Assembly (NCBI GenBank): GCA_963702005.1
Contig: OY969696.1
Coordinates: 992,001-1,056,000, forward strand
Length of the DNA stretch: 64,000 nt
Direction: 5' to 3'
Source of the DNA: Candidatus Aminicenantes bacterium
GTDB taxonomy: Bacteria > Acidobacteriota > Aminicenantia > Aminicenantales > JAFGBC01
Positions 47,361-57,344 of this stretch are shown here, piece after piece (the first letter of the stretch is position 1; each line of letters starts with the position of its first letter). A program made the position numbers and the translations under genes. The notes below the pieces were generated by a model. It ran no database searches. It had not been told where the DNA came from and saw only the letters and a program-made list of their open reading frames with translations.

Positions 47361-48937
47361 CGATCGGCGGCGACCACCCAAGAGCCGCGCAGCGGTTTGG
47401 CCGAGACGGTAAATCCCGTGGTTTCGGCAAGGACCTCCCGACCGTCCTTGTCGAGAAGGGCGGCCTTGACGGCGTAGGCTCCGGGAACGAAGGCGTCCAG
47501 CGTGAATTCTTGGAGAAAATCCCGCCGGTTGTCGGAGTCGCCGACTTTTCGGCGCGAGGCCTGAAGGATAGTCCCCCCGCTCAAAATGGAATATTCCAGG
47601 CTGCCCTGCTCGATCAATTCGGGGCTCAAGCCGTACATCTGGAAAAACAAAAAAAGGTGATCCTTCGCCGAAAAGATATTCATCAAGGAGGGATAAAGCT
47701 GGACCGCTCCGACCTGGAAAGCCCGGCCGGCGCCCCCGGATGTGTCCCTGACGACATCCCGGGCCAGGACGAGCTGGCCCATCTGAAGCCGTCGGCCGTC
47801 GGGCACGGATATCTTTTTCTCGACCGAGGCGGATTCCTTGGAGACCGTATTTTCCAGCACCAGGTTCAAGGTATACGTCCCGGGCGAGAGAGGAAAGGCC
47901 CCGTAAAGCTCCAACGAATTCTCGGCCAGGGTTTTCAGCTCATCCCGGGTCATTTCGATGGGCGTGAATGTCTCGGTCTGGAGGACGCTTTTCCCTTCGG
48001 CGTCGGTCGCCCGAATCCGCGTTCGCAGGCCCGCGAAGTAGCGATCTTGAAAGAAATCGAGGCTGAGGATTTCGGGCGCGATGACATAGTTCGCCAGAAA
48101 CGGACCCAAGGGATCCTGAAGGACGCTCAAGGTCAAAGCGCTCTCCATGGGCCGAATCGCATTCCGGGGAGACGATTCGATTTCGGCGAGCAGTTGGGCC
48201 GAGCGAAGCGCTTGGCCGGGGTCGCAGAGTCCGGGGAACGAGGATATCGAAGCCTCGGCCAGCTCCCCCGTTACGGCCTCGGCCAGGATTCTGTAGGCTT
48301 GCTTGTCGGCCGCGGTCCAACCCGCCGGAAAGGGCATGCCCTCTCCGGCCGTTTCGGCCGGAACGCTCCGCGTCCCGCTTTTTCTTTGCTCGGGAAACGG
48401 GACAAGGCGCTTGGCTCCGTCCGAGACCGGGTTGTAGAGCTTGAATTCCTCGGCGCCGTATTCCTCGAAAAAAAGAAGCCGGAACAAGGTCGGCCGGTCG
48501 CGCCGGAGTTCTCTGAGATAGTACCAGATTTCGATGGGACAGATATCCGGGGTCGCGAATTTCCGGACATCAAGCGGCGGGCCCAAAAGGATCAGAGTCC
48601 GGCCGCGGTCCGTCTTCCATCCCGGCGGCGATCCTTCCCCGCCGAATCGCTCGTTCACGTAGTTGATTCTTCGGGCCTGCTCTTCGCGGAATTCGTTCCG
48701 GGGCGTACCGGGCGTCGGGTCCCGTTGTCTCCAGAATTCCTCGATGAAGAGATCCCGGTCCCGGTCCGTCGCCAGCTTCCCAAAGGCGTCCCTATCTTCG
48801 GGAGATAGGATGGTGACGACGTCCCGATCAAGCCAGGTTTCGTATTTTTTCGACAAGCCGGGCGTTTGGCTCCCGGACGGGAGCGAGAGCCAGGCGAGAC
48901 AAACAAGAACCAAGGCCGCCGGACGTGTGATTTTCAT
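47357..48937 (-). CDS. GWxTD domain protein
   Basis: FWRQRDPTPGTPRNEF, GWKTDRGRTLILLGPP; paralog of 30676-32784 without the TPR tail. Confidence 0.9.
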   Translation of the reverse strand: MKITRPAALVLVCLAWLSLPSGSQTPGLSKKYETWLDRDVVTILSPEDRDAFGKLATDRDRDLFIEEFWRQRDPTPGTPRNEFREEQARRINYVNERFGGEGSPPGWKTDRGRTLILLGPPLDVRKFATPDICPIEIWYYLRELRRDRPTLFRLLFFEEYGAEEFKLYNPVSDGAKRLVPFPEQRKSGTRSVPAETAGEGMPFPAGWTAADKQAYRILAEAVTGELAEASISSFPGLCDPGQALRSAQLLAEIESSPRNAIRPMESALTLSVLQDPLGPFLANYVIAPEILSLDFFQDRYFAGLRTRIRATDAEGKSVLQTETFTPIEMTRDELKTLAENSLELYGAFPLSPGTYTLNLVLENTVSKESASVEKKISVPDGRRLQMGQLVLARDVVRDTSGGAGRAFQVGAVQLYPSLMNIFSAKDHLFLFFQMYGLSPELIEQGSLEYSILSGGTILQASRRKVGDSDNRRDFLQEFTLDAFVPGAYAVKAALLDKDGREVLAETTGFTVSAKPLRGSWVVAADR

Positions 48938-48967
48938 GGATGCCTGTCTCCTCCCGCCGGCCGGACC

Positions 48968-50095
48968 TTAAAACAGAACTCTGAATCCGGCCGCCAAGCT
49001 CACTCCGGAGAGGTTTAAGATCGCCCGGTGGACGTTTCCCTGCCCCGAAGATTCCCCCTCGAGGACAGCCAGGCCGGGATGCGGCCCTTCGTCTTCGTAG
49101 TAAAGAAAGCCCTTTTTGACGGAGGTCCAGAACTGTAAGTCCCACAATTTTGAGACCGCCTCATCGCCCTTGAAATCGCTGATCCTGGCGTAGCGGCCTT
49201 GGACCTCCAGAAAAAACGCCGATCGCCGATACATGCGCAGCTCCAGTCCGACGCCCCCTTGGAGGCCGAGACCATGGGCTTTGACTTTCTGGCGAATCAG
49301 CTCGTTGCCTCGGTCGGCACGAAAATCGCGGCCGTACTCGAAGTTTACGAGATAGAGCGCGGGTCCCCCATTCAGCGAGATCGTCAACAAGCGGCTGAGG
49401 GGAAGATCATAGTAAAGTCCCGGTCTGAGGGCGATGATGGACAAGGACGACGAGCTCCAGGTTGTGAAGAATTGACCGGGCTGGCCGAAGTTGATCCGAA
49501 GAGAACCGTCGGCGTATGCATGGCCGTATTCGAACCTGAGCCCGGCGCCTAGGCGCCGCTTGACTCTGTAGAAAACGTCTCCGCTCAGGAGAAATACCGA
49601 GCGAAGCGGCTCCTCGCTGGTATCTTCGATGACCGCGCCTAAAGAGTCCGCGCTGTCGATGGCTCTCTCGAACATCCCCGAGGCGCCCCTTCTGAGATCG
49701 CCGCCGTTGAAAAGATAGAATCCTCCGCCCAGCCTCAAACCGATTCCGAAACCGCGATATTCGCCGGCCGCCTGTTCCCAGAAATCAGGCTTCTGCTCGG
49801 CCTTCTCCACGACCTCCACATCGCTCGACGATAGATATCCGAGAACCAGCAAGCCTTCCCGGCCGGGCTCGAGGATCACTCGAAACCACCTTCCTTCCTT
49901 GGCGAAGGATTTCAAGGTCGTCCCTTTGGCCGCGGTCGAGATGGCCGGACTTGACGGGTCCGGCTTCAGATGGATCCGGGCCTCGTCAACACGGATTTTA
50001 AGCGTCCATTCCCCGACTTCGGCGCTCCAGGCTTGAACGGAGAGCAGGATGAGACTCAAAGCGCAGGCCGCCGGCCAAAAGCATTTCGTTCTCAT
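48968..50095 (-). CDS. SH3-like domain plus outer-membrane beta-barrel protein
   Basis: ARIHLKPDPSSPAI..EGRWFRV; barrel resembling 41535-42536; ends AGFRVLF. Confidence 0.78.
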   Translation of the reverse strand: MRTKCFWPAACALSLILLSVQAWSAEVGEWTLKIRVDEARIHLKPDPSSPAISTAAKGTTLKSFAKEGRWFRVILEPGREGLLVLGYLSSSDVEVVEKAEQKPDFWEQAAGEYRGFGIGLRLGGGFYLFNGGDLRRGASGMFERAIDSADSLGAVIEDTSEEPLRSVFLLSGDVFYRVKRRLGAGLRFEYGHAYADGSLRINFGQPGQFFTTWSSSSLSIIALRPGLYYDLPLSRLLTISLNGGPALYLVNFEYGRDFRADRGNELIRQKVKAHGLGLQGGVGLELRMYRRSAFFLEVQGRYARISDFKGDEAVSKLWDLQFWTSVKKGFLYYEDEGPHPGLAVLEGESSGQGNVHRAILNLSGVSLAAGFRVLF

Positions 50096-50138
50096 GCTCG
50101 ACGCCCTTCCTTTCGGCCGCGTCTACCTTCTTTGGGGC

Positions 50139-50714
50139 CTATTTGACCAATTGGACTCCGAACAGGGGCTTGGGAGCGGAGTTGTAAGTCTCCATTTCTA
50201 TGGTCGCCGTGCCCGTGGTTTTGTCTCCGTTGAATCGGATCTGGGCGTTTTCGTAGATCCTTCCATCTCCCTTTCCCTTGTTGTTGACGTCCAGCTCGAT
50301 GACCATGTAGGGAAAGCGGCCGTCCATTCTCGCCATGACATCGACGTCCCAGGCCTGTATTTCCGTAAAGAGCATTATTTTTCTTCCGTCTTCCTTGGGG
50401 ATGACTTGGGCCGCATGAATGACGACCTTCAAGCCGCGGGAGCTGGCGAAAACGAGACTCCCTTTATTGGACTGACGGAAAGCCGAGATGAACGGCTCAT
50501 AGCCGTTAAGCTCCAGAATCTGCTGAAGTTTCCAAACTTCCTGGCCGGTCGAGTAGCTTTCGATCGCTATTTGAATTTTGATCGCGGATTCCGAATTGGG
50601 TCCGCCCCGGGTGAGGAGGCGGGCGGTGTATTTCTCTTGGGCCGCTAAAAATCCGCCCAAGCACAGGCTGATGACGATCAGGGCAAAAACCGCACATTGT
50701 CTCCGTAGATTCAT
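50139..50714 (-). CDS. Secreted hypothetical protein
   Basis: AGGAGG RBS, ATG 50714, MNLRRQCAVFALIV signal peptide. Confidence 0.75.
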   Translation of the reverse strand: MNLRRQCAVFALIVISLCLGGFLAAQEKYTARLLTRGGPNSESAIKIQIAIESYSTGQEVWKLQQILELNGYEPFISAFRQSNKGSLVFASSRGLKVVIHAAQVIPKEDGRKIMLFTEIQAWDVDVMARMDGRFPYMVIELDVNNKGKGDGRIYENAQIRFNGDKTTGTATIEMETYNSAPKPLFGVQLVK

Positions 50715-50840
50715 GGTCCTCCTTTTTAAGCCCAAAATCTCCTCCCCAATACCCTCAGCAAAATGCATGCCAAATAACAACGGTGTATCCGGTCGATTCG
50801 CCCGCCTTGAATTTACCTTCAATCGAGGACACTTGTCATC

Positions 50841-52919
50841 TCAATCTTCTTTAAAGGAGACGAGCCCGGCCTTCTCGAGGAGCTTGAAAAATCCGGCGAC
50901 CGCGGACACCGTGACCGGCCCCATTTCGGCGGAAACGGCCTGAGTGATATCGAGGAGGCTCCGCCGGCCGTCGGCGAAGTTCAGGGCTTCGTAGGCAGCA
51001 TCCCCTTGGAGCTGAATTCCTTTGGCGGCTTCCTCTCCAAGCTTCTCGCTGAGATAATCGGGGTCGAGAGGTCCGATAAATTTTTCGTCGCGGACGGGCA
51101 CGATCCTGGAGGCGGCCTTGTCCTCGGCCGAAAGAGCCGGCGCCCCGGGTTTTATCCGCAGCTCGCGGCAGCGTCCTTCATAGACGCCCCGCGCCTCGGC
51201 CCGGTAGGCTCCGGCCAAAGTCTCGAGCGGTTTTGTCAGAGGGAGAAGCGATGGGAGCGTTCGGCTCGCCCGGGCCAGAACGGCCGCCGACAGGATGGCC
51301 TTGGTTTCCCGGTCGGCCCCCCGGTCGAGGATGTTGAGCACCTGTCCGTAGGCGGTCAGAAGCGTATCGGCCGACCCGGCGTCGAGCAGGGCCGCCGAGG
51401 CGCCACGGTAGTCGCCCGCCACCCGGTTCGGGCCGCGCCGGGCGACGAGCCGCGCCGTCTCCACGGCTTCGGCGTCGCCCGCCGACGCGAGGTACATGGC
51501 CGCGCCCAGGGCGATGAAGCAGGAGCGGCGGAGCTCGGTCGGGTCGACCTTGTCCATGCTGTCCAGGTTGGTATGGTGGAAGATGTCCCCCCGGTTGAGC
51601 ATGACCGACGGCACCGCCAAAGCGCCGTCGTTGAAGACGATGTGGTCGCTTCCTCCGCTGTAGGGCAGGACCTCGAAGACGAAAGGATGGTCGCTCCCGG
51701 TCAGGCTCTTGAGGTTAAGGCCCTCGGCCAGGCCGGCGAAATCGCCGACGACATCGGCCAGAAAGCTCGGCCGGGACCAGGGCGGGCTGAAGATTTGGAA
51801 ATATCCCGACGTCTTGTGGAAGTCCTCGCCGATCATATCGCAGTTGATCGCCGCGATCGTATTCCGGGTCCGCTCGAGGTAGGCCAGCACGTAAGGGAAG
51901 GTCCCGTTGATCTCCGGGACCCACAGGAAGCGGATGGTGCGGCGCGGCGCCGGGATCGTGCCTTTGTCGACCATTGTCCGCAAGGCCCGGGCCATCTCGA
52001 CCATGCTGCCCGAGCCGCTGGCGTTGTCGTTGGCGCTCGGCGCGGGATGGCAGAGATGGCCGAGGACGAGGACCTCCCGGGCCGGATCCTCGCTACCGGG
52101 AAAGCTGGCCGTGACGACCTCGATCCGGCTCTCGTAGAACTCGGCCTCGACGTCCGCCCGCAGGACGACCCGCTTCCCTTCCTCCAGCATCTGTTTAAGG
52201 CGCCATCCCTGGAGCTTGGAAACGTTGAAGCCGAACCCGAGCTTGTCTCTCTCCTCCCAGCGCGGCCAGATGGCCGTGTACCGGATCATGGCGGGATAGC
52301 CGGGGCGCGTCTCGGGAGAGTACCAGGTCACGACGCCCAAGGCTCCGCGCTTGACAACGGCCTCCCGCAGGACATCCCCGCTGTAGCCCGTCGCCAGGAC
52401 GATCCGTCCTCGGACTTCCTTTCCCCGGTAGGCCTCCTCGCCCAGGCCCGTCCCGACGTCGACGAGCTCTGCCTCGGCGTGCCCGGACCCGCTGTGCTTG
52501 ACGAGAGTGAGCGGGACTTCCCGGTAGGAGCACAGGCGCTCCCGGCCGGGCGACACGAGCCAGAGCTCTCCGGACTTGGCCCTCCAGCCGATGACGGACC
52601 GGCAGGTCGAATAGCGGAGCGTTCCGTTCGAGGGCCAGCCTTCGACGGCCGCGTCGGCGTAGCCCATCCGCGCAAGCTCCTCCTTGATCATGACGGCGGC
52701 GTCATGGAAGCCTTCCGAGGCCTGGACCCGATCGAACCGGGAGATCCGAGCCGTCGCGTCGAAGGCGGCTTCGCCCGAGATCTCGTCGACGAGGGCTTGT
52801 ATGAGCTTCGGCGAGGCCAGCGGCCGCTCGGCGGCGCGGGCCGGCGCCGGGCTCAAGCGCTCCAAACAGAAGCAGAATAAAAGGATGCCCAGGGCTCGGA
52901 TCATTTTTTCTTGGTTCAT
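50841..52919 (-). CDS. M28-family aminopeptidase-like protein with PA domain (DUF4910-like)
   Basis: GHLCH, ANDNASG, WVPE, INCDMIG, GGSDH, HHTNLD. Confidence 0.88.
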   Translation of the reverse strand: MNQEKMIRALGILLFCFCLERLSPAPARAAERPLASPKLIQALVDEISGEAAFDATARISRFDRVQASEGFHDAAVMIKEELARMGYADAAVEGWPSNGTLRYSTCRSVIGWRAKSGELWLVSPGRERLCSYREVPLTLVKHSGSGHAEAELVDVGTGLGEEAYRGKEVRGRIVLATGYSGDVLREAVVKRGALGVVTWYSPETRPGYPAMIRYTAIWPRWEERDKLGFGFNVSKLQGWRLKQMLEEGKRVVLRADVEAEFYESRIEVVTASFPGSEDPAREVLVLGHLCHPAPSANDNASGSGSMVEMARALRTMVDKGTIPAPRRTIRFLWVPEINGTFPYVLAYLERTRNTIAAINCDMIGEDFHKTSGYFQIFSPPWSRPSFLADVVGDFAGLAEGLNLKSLTGSDHPFVFEVLPYSGGSDHIVFNDGALAVPSVMLNRGDIFHHTNLDSMDKVDPTELRRSCFIALGAAMYLASAGDAEAVETARLVARRGPNRVAGDYRGASAALLDAGSADTLLTAYGQVLNILDRGADRETKAILSAAVLARASRTLPSLLPLTKPLETLAGAYRAEARGVYEGRCRELRIKPGAPALSAEDKAASRIVPVRDEKFIGPLDPDYLSEKLGEEAAKGIQLQGDAAYEALNFADGRRSLLDITQAVSAEMGPVTVSAVAGFFKLLEKAGLVSFKED

Positions 52920-52934
52920 GTCGATTCCCGGAGT

Positions 52935-54953
52935 CTAATCGGTTTTTGTCGAGAATATGGCCAGGAAGGCGTCATTATCCTTCTTCAAGTTTTTCTGGTA
53001 GGGATCGACAACCGGGAAATCGGGGCTGTTCGTCTCCCCGGCGAGATAGATCGAGCCCTGTCCGTCCAGGGCGATGCCGGAGCAGATATCTCGATAGATA
53101 CCGCCCAGCAGGGTGGATAGGCTCAGGCTTTGGCCTTGCGGCGCGACGACGGCCAGGAAACCGTCCAAGCTTCCTTTGAGGCTTCCTTGATAGGGATTCT
53201 TGACGGGGAAATCCAAGCTGCCGGTGGAGCCGGCGACATAGGCCGCCCCGCTCGCGTCCACCGCGATTCGGAGCGCCTGCTCGTTTCCGCGCCCTCCCAA
53301 GTAGGACGCGTAAACGAGGCTTTTTCCGTCCGGCGCCGCCTTGGCGACGAAGCCGTCGTATCCGCCCTTGCGCGTCTTCTGAAACGCGTTCTTGACCGGA
53401 AACGACCCGTTGGTCGCGCCGGCGAGATAGGCCGCGCCGGTCCCGTCGACGGCGACGGCCCATCCGGTGTCATAGCCGGAGCCTCCGAGATAGGAAGAAT
53501 AGACGAGGCTGTCGCCGGCCGGGGATAATTTCGAGATAAAGGCGTCGGTGCCTCCGCCGCCGAACGCCTTTTGAAAAGCGCTCTTGACGGGAAAGGCGTG
53601 GCTAACGGTCTGGCCGGTGATATAGGCGGCCCCGGCGCCGTCCACGGCCAGGCCTGCGCAGACGCTGGAGCCGGTCGATCCGAGGTAGGTGGAATAGACG
53701 AGACTTTTTCCGCTGGCCGCGACCTTGGTGATGAAACAATCCGGGTGGCCGCCGCCCCCGCTGGTCTGATAGGCGTTCTTGACCGGGAAGTCCCGGCTCG
53801 AGGTCCAGCCGCCGATATAGGCGGCGCCGCTTCCGTCGACGGCCAGGCCAAAGCCGCATTCGGCGCCCGCCCCGCCCAGGTAGGACGAGTAGGCGAGGCT
53901 CTTTCCGCTCGGCGCCAGCTTGAGGATGAAGGCGTCCCAGCCGCCCTTGAGCGTCGTCTGGAACGCGTTTTTCACCGGGAAGTGGCGCGATTCCGTCTTG
54001 CCCGTGAGATAGGCGGAGCCCTTCGCGTCCACGGCCATGGACATCCCGCACATCTCGGCGAAGCGGCCGTAGGAGAAGAAAGCCGAATAGACCAGACTCC
54101 GGCCCCCCGGCGCGAACTTGGTGACGAAGACGTCAAGGCGGGGCAGGGTCTGCACGGTCGGAGGGAAATCGGCGCTCAAGGTGTAACCGGCCACGTAGAC
54201 GGCGCCGGTCGGATCCAGCGCCGTCGCAGAGGCGAAATCCGAGTCGGAGCCGCCCAGGTAGGTCGAGGCGACCAGGACCAGCGGGTCGAGGACCAGCTCG
54301 CGGCTCGCGTCGTAGACGCCGACGGCGAACCCGTACTCGCCCTTGTCCGTCGCCCGGAAGGTCGCTTCTACGCTCCGCCGCCGGTTCCCGACGACCTGAT
54401 AGGCCGTCGGTTTGCTGTGGAGGATCCGGGATTCGGGAGTCTCGACGGCCAGGTTCCCTTCGCGGTCCAGGCCGGTCCTCAGGACGCCTTCATAAGCGAG
54501 CCGAATTTGATCGGGCCGGGCGCCCGGCTTGACGATCCAGTCGTACTCTACCCGCCGGCCCGTCCCGTAGACCCTGAGATCGATCCCGTCGTAGATGTTT
54601 TCGTAACGGACGGCCCGGGTCGTGGGGATCCCGGTCCTCCATTCGGATTCGTCGCGGCCGTAGAAATAACTGACGCAATAGCCGGTCGGGTCCTCGGCCC
54701 TGAGCCTGACGTCCGGGTTGGCGTTCCGGAAGATCAGCCTCGAGGCCGCCGACCGCCCGAAGACCAGTCCGTCCCGGGTCAGCCAGATCGTGCCGCCCTC
54801 GCTCCGGGCGTAATAAAGCGCCTTCGAATCGGCCTGGCCGGCGTTGGGGACGAAAAACAACGGGGAGCCGCCGAACTCCACACTCAGCTTCGGCGCCGCC
54901 GATACCGGGATAATGAGTAGTACGATCCCCATGAGCCGGAAAAGAGTTTTCAT
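52935..54953 (-). CDS. SBBP beta-propeller repeat protein
   Basis: Start moved to ATG 54953 (AAGGAG RBS); same architecture as 12647. Confidence 0.9.
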   Translation of the reverse strand: MKTLFRLMGIVLLIIPVSAAPKLSVEFGGSPLFFVPNAGQADSKALYYARSEGGTIWLTRDGLVFGRSAASRLIFRNANPDVRLRAEDPTGYCVSYFYGRDESEWRTGIPTTRAVRYENIYDGIDLRVYGTGRRVEYDWIVKPGARPDQIRLAYEGVLRTGLDREGNLAVETPESRILHSKPTAYQVVGNRRRSVEATFRATDKGEYGFAVGVYDASRELVLDPLVLVASTYLGGSDSDFASATALDPTGAVYVAGYTLSADFPPTVQTLPRLDVFVTKFAPGGRSLVYSAFFSYGRFAEMCGMSMAVDAKGSAYLTGKTESRHFPVKNAFQTTLKGGWDAFILKLAPSGKSLAYSSYLGGAGAECGFGLAVDGSGAAYIGGWTSSRDFPVKNAYQTSGGGGHPDCFITKVAASGKSLVYSTYLGSTGSSVCAGLAVDGAGAAYITGQTVSHAFPVKSAFQKAFGGGGTDAFISKLSPAGDSLVYSSYLGGSGYDTGWAVAVDGTGAAYLAGATNGSFPVKNAFQKTRKGGYDGFVAKAAPDGKSLVYASYLGGRGNEQALRIAVDASGAAYVAGSTGSLDFPVKNPYQGSLKGSLDGFLAVVAPQGQSLSLSTLLGGIYRDICSGIALDGQGSIYLAGETNSPDFPVVDPYQKNLKKDNDAFLAIFSTKTD

Positions 54954-55109
54954 CGCGATTCTCCTTTTGGAATGTATTTCCCGATGATATCCTTTTTTCA
55001 ATGCTACAATTCGGACCCAAAATTGTCAACGATCGCCGAGACGTGATCGCCGGAGTTCGATGGCAAATGGAGCCGGGCCCGGAACCGGCCGTCGGGCGGC
55101 CCGAACGCC

Positions 55110-57182
55110 CTAGCGATATCGCGGGGCCGACGATCGAAGGGACGTGCTCCCGTTCGAAAATTTCATGACTACAACATCCTGTTTTCCGGCAAACTTCTTT
55201 TGGTAGGGCATGAGCAGGGGGAAATCGGGGCTGTTGGTCGAGCCGGCGATGAAAATCGTTCCTTTAAGGTCCACTAATATGCATCTTGCGCTATCTTTGT
55301 ATTGGCCGCCTAAATAGGTGGAGTAGAGGAGACTCCGGCCGTTCGGGGAGAGGATGGACAGGAACGCGTCTACGCTTCCGCTGATTTTGTTTTTAAAAGG
55401 CTTTTTGAGCGGCCAGTCGTAACTATAGGTGCATCCGACGATATGGGCCGCGCCGTTTCCGTCCACGGCGATTCCGAACGTATAATCCGTTCCGGACCCT
55501 CCCAAAAAGGTCGAGTAGACGAGGCCCTGGCCGTCCGGAGCGACCTTGGACACGAAACCCTCCAAGCCGCCTTTGCGCTTCGGCTGGAAGGCGTTCTTGA
55601 GGGGGAAAGCCCCGGCGGTATAGCCCGTGATATAGGCGGCTCCGGTTCCGTCGACGGATAGACCGCTCGCCATGTCATAGGCGGGACCTCCCAGATAGCT
55701 GGAGTAAACGAGGGCTTGTCCGGACGGAGCGAGCTTGCTGATGAAGGTTTCGCCGCTGCCGCGGCTCTTGTTTTGAAAAGCGTTCTTGACCGGGAAGTCA
55801 CTCGCGTTGGTGAATCCGCAGACATAGACCGAACCCGAACCGTCGATCGCCATGCCTCCGAGGTAATCAAACCCCGACGATCCCAAGAACGTCGAATAGA
55901 CAAGGCTTTGCCCGTCCGGGCTGAATTTTGAGATGAAGGCGTTGCCGTCACCCGCCAGGGATTTTTGGAGGGCGTTTTTCACGGGGAAGTTCTTGCTGGA
56001 GGTCATGCCGGCGACATAGATGAATCCGCCCTCGTCCAGCGCGACGTATCCTAAGTTATCGATGTCCGATCCTCCGAGGAACGTGGAAAAGACCAGGCTC
56101 TTCCCGTTGGGGGCCAGTTCCAGGAGAAAGGCGTCCCCAAAGCCGCCTCCGAAGGCCTTCTGGAACGCGTTCTTGACGGGAAAATTATGGCTGAAGACGG
56201 CGCCCGCCAGATAAACGGCGCCGGTCCCGGAGACGATGATCGAGGGGGGTGCTCCCTCCGGGTAGCCGGCCGTCGGAAAGAAGGCGGAGTAAATAAGGCT
56301 TTTTCCGTCGGCCGAGAGCTTGGAGACGAACGTATCCTGCCTGGGCTTTGTCTGATGAGCCGGCGGGAAGTCCGAACTTGCCGTGTATCCTTCGACATAG
56401 ACGGCTCCGGTTTTATCGATGCTGATGGAGAACGCTTCATCCCAGCCGCCGCCACCCAGGTAGGTCGAAAAAACCAGGACCACGGGATCGATAACGAGTT
56501 CGCGGCCGTCGTCATAGGGGCCGACGGCGAAACCGTATTCGTCGTTCCCTGTCTTTCGGAACGCCGCTTGGACATCGACCTTGCGGCCGTCGATGACTTG
56601 ATAGCAAGCCGGGCGGCGATGGACGAGGCGGCCCATGGCCGTCTCGGCGACGAGATTCCCCTCCCGGTCTAGGCTCGTCGTTAGAACGCTGGCATAGGCC
56701 CAGCGGATTCGGTCGGGCCTCCCACCGGGCTTGACGATCCAATCGTACTCGACCCGCCTCTCCGCGCCGTAGATCTTGAGATCAATGCCTTCATACAGGT
56801 TCTTATAGGTAACGGACCGCGAGGTCGGCAGGTCCGTGAGCCATTCGGATTCATCCCGGCCATAGAAATAGCTTACCCGATAGTCGGCCGGATCGGAGGC
56901 CGCGACCTCGACGTTCTTGTTGGCGCCGCCGAAAATCAATCGGGATACCGCGCCGTCGTCGAAGGTCAGCCCGTCTCGGGTCAGCCAGAGCGTAGAGTCG
57001 CCGGTTTTCGCAAAAAAGAGCGCCTTTGGATCCGTCTGCCCTGTGTTGGGGATGAAATAGAGAGGAGGGGAGCCGAAGTCGGGCTGGATGCTCATCGGTG
57101 AGGCCGGTCGCCTCCCGCTTGAAAGCGCGAGCGCCGCGCCGCAAACAAGAAAGAGCCCGAGCCAAAGGAAACCTTTTTTCAT
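55110..57182 (-). CDS. SBBP beta-propeller repeat protein
   Basis: PLYFIPNTGQ, LVIDPVVLVFSTYLGG, repeats; tandem paralog. Confidence 0.9.
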   Translation of the reverse strand: MKKGFLWLGLFLVCGAALALSSGRRPASPMSIQPDFGSPPLYFIPNTGQTDPKALFFAKTGDSTLWLTRDGLTFDDGAVSRLIFGGANKNVEVAASDPADYRVSYFYGRDESEWLTDLPTSRSVTYKNLYEGIDLKIYGAERRVEYDWIVKPGGRPDRIRWAYASVLTTSLDREGNLVAETAMGRLVHRRPACYQVIDGRKVDVQAAFRKTGNDEYGFAVGPYDDGRELVIDPVVLVFSTYLGGGGWDEAFSISIDKTGAVYVEGYTASSDFPPAHQTKPRQDTFVSKLSADGKSLIYSAFFPTAGYPEGAPPSIIVSGTGAVYLAGAVFSHNFPVKNAFQKAFGGGFGDAFLLELAPNGKSLVFSTFLGGSDIDNLGYVALDEGGFIYVAGMTSSKNFPVKNALQKSLAGDGNAFISKFSPDGQSLVYSTFLGSSGFDYLGGMAIDGSGSVYVCGFTNASDFPVKNAFQNKSRGSGETFISKLAPSGQALVYSSYLGGPAYDMASGLSVDGTGAAYITGYTAGAFPLKNAFQPKRKGGLEGFVSKVAPDGQGLVYSTFLGGSGTDYTFGIAVDGNGAAHIVGCTYSYDWPLKKPFKNKISGSVDAFLSILSPNGRSLLYSTYLGGQYKDSARCILVDLKGTIFIAGSTNSPDFPLLMPYQKKFAGKQDVVVMKFSNGSTSLRSSAPRYR

Positions 57183-57266
57183 TGACCTCTCCGTTCTTAG
57201 ATGTGATAACCCGTTGAAAAGAGGATAGAACTCCGGTCCCTCCTTGTCAAGTTACAAGTCGAGGGG

Positions 57267-57296
57267 TTGACATCGCTCGCCGGCCGGTCCTATAGT
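57267..57296 (+). promoter_or_regulatory. sigma70 promoter
   Basis: TTGACA-18-TATAGT; the -35 lies within GTCGAGGGGTTGAC, identical to the end of element B. Confidence 0.55.
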
Positions 57297-57344
57297 CGTT
57301 TCAGGATGGGCGGCCAAGGCAGTTCTCACCGTCAAGGGGCGAGC

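Noticed and set aside
46859-48808. Long opposite-strand ORFs (649 aa here; also 51006-52880, 57381-59417, 6759-8507, 30574-32289, 3177-4520, 21343-22668)
   Set aside because: They are antisense shadows of well-supported genes in GC3-rich DNA, with no motifs or RBS.
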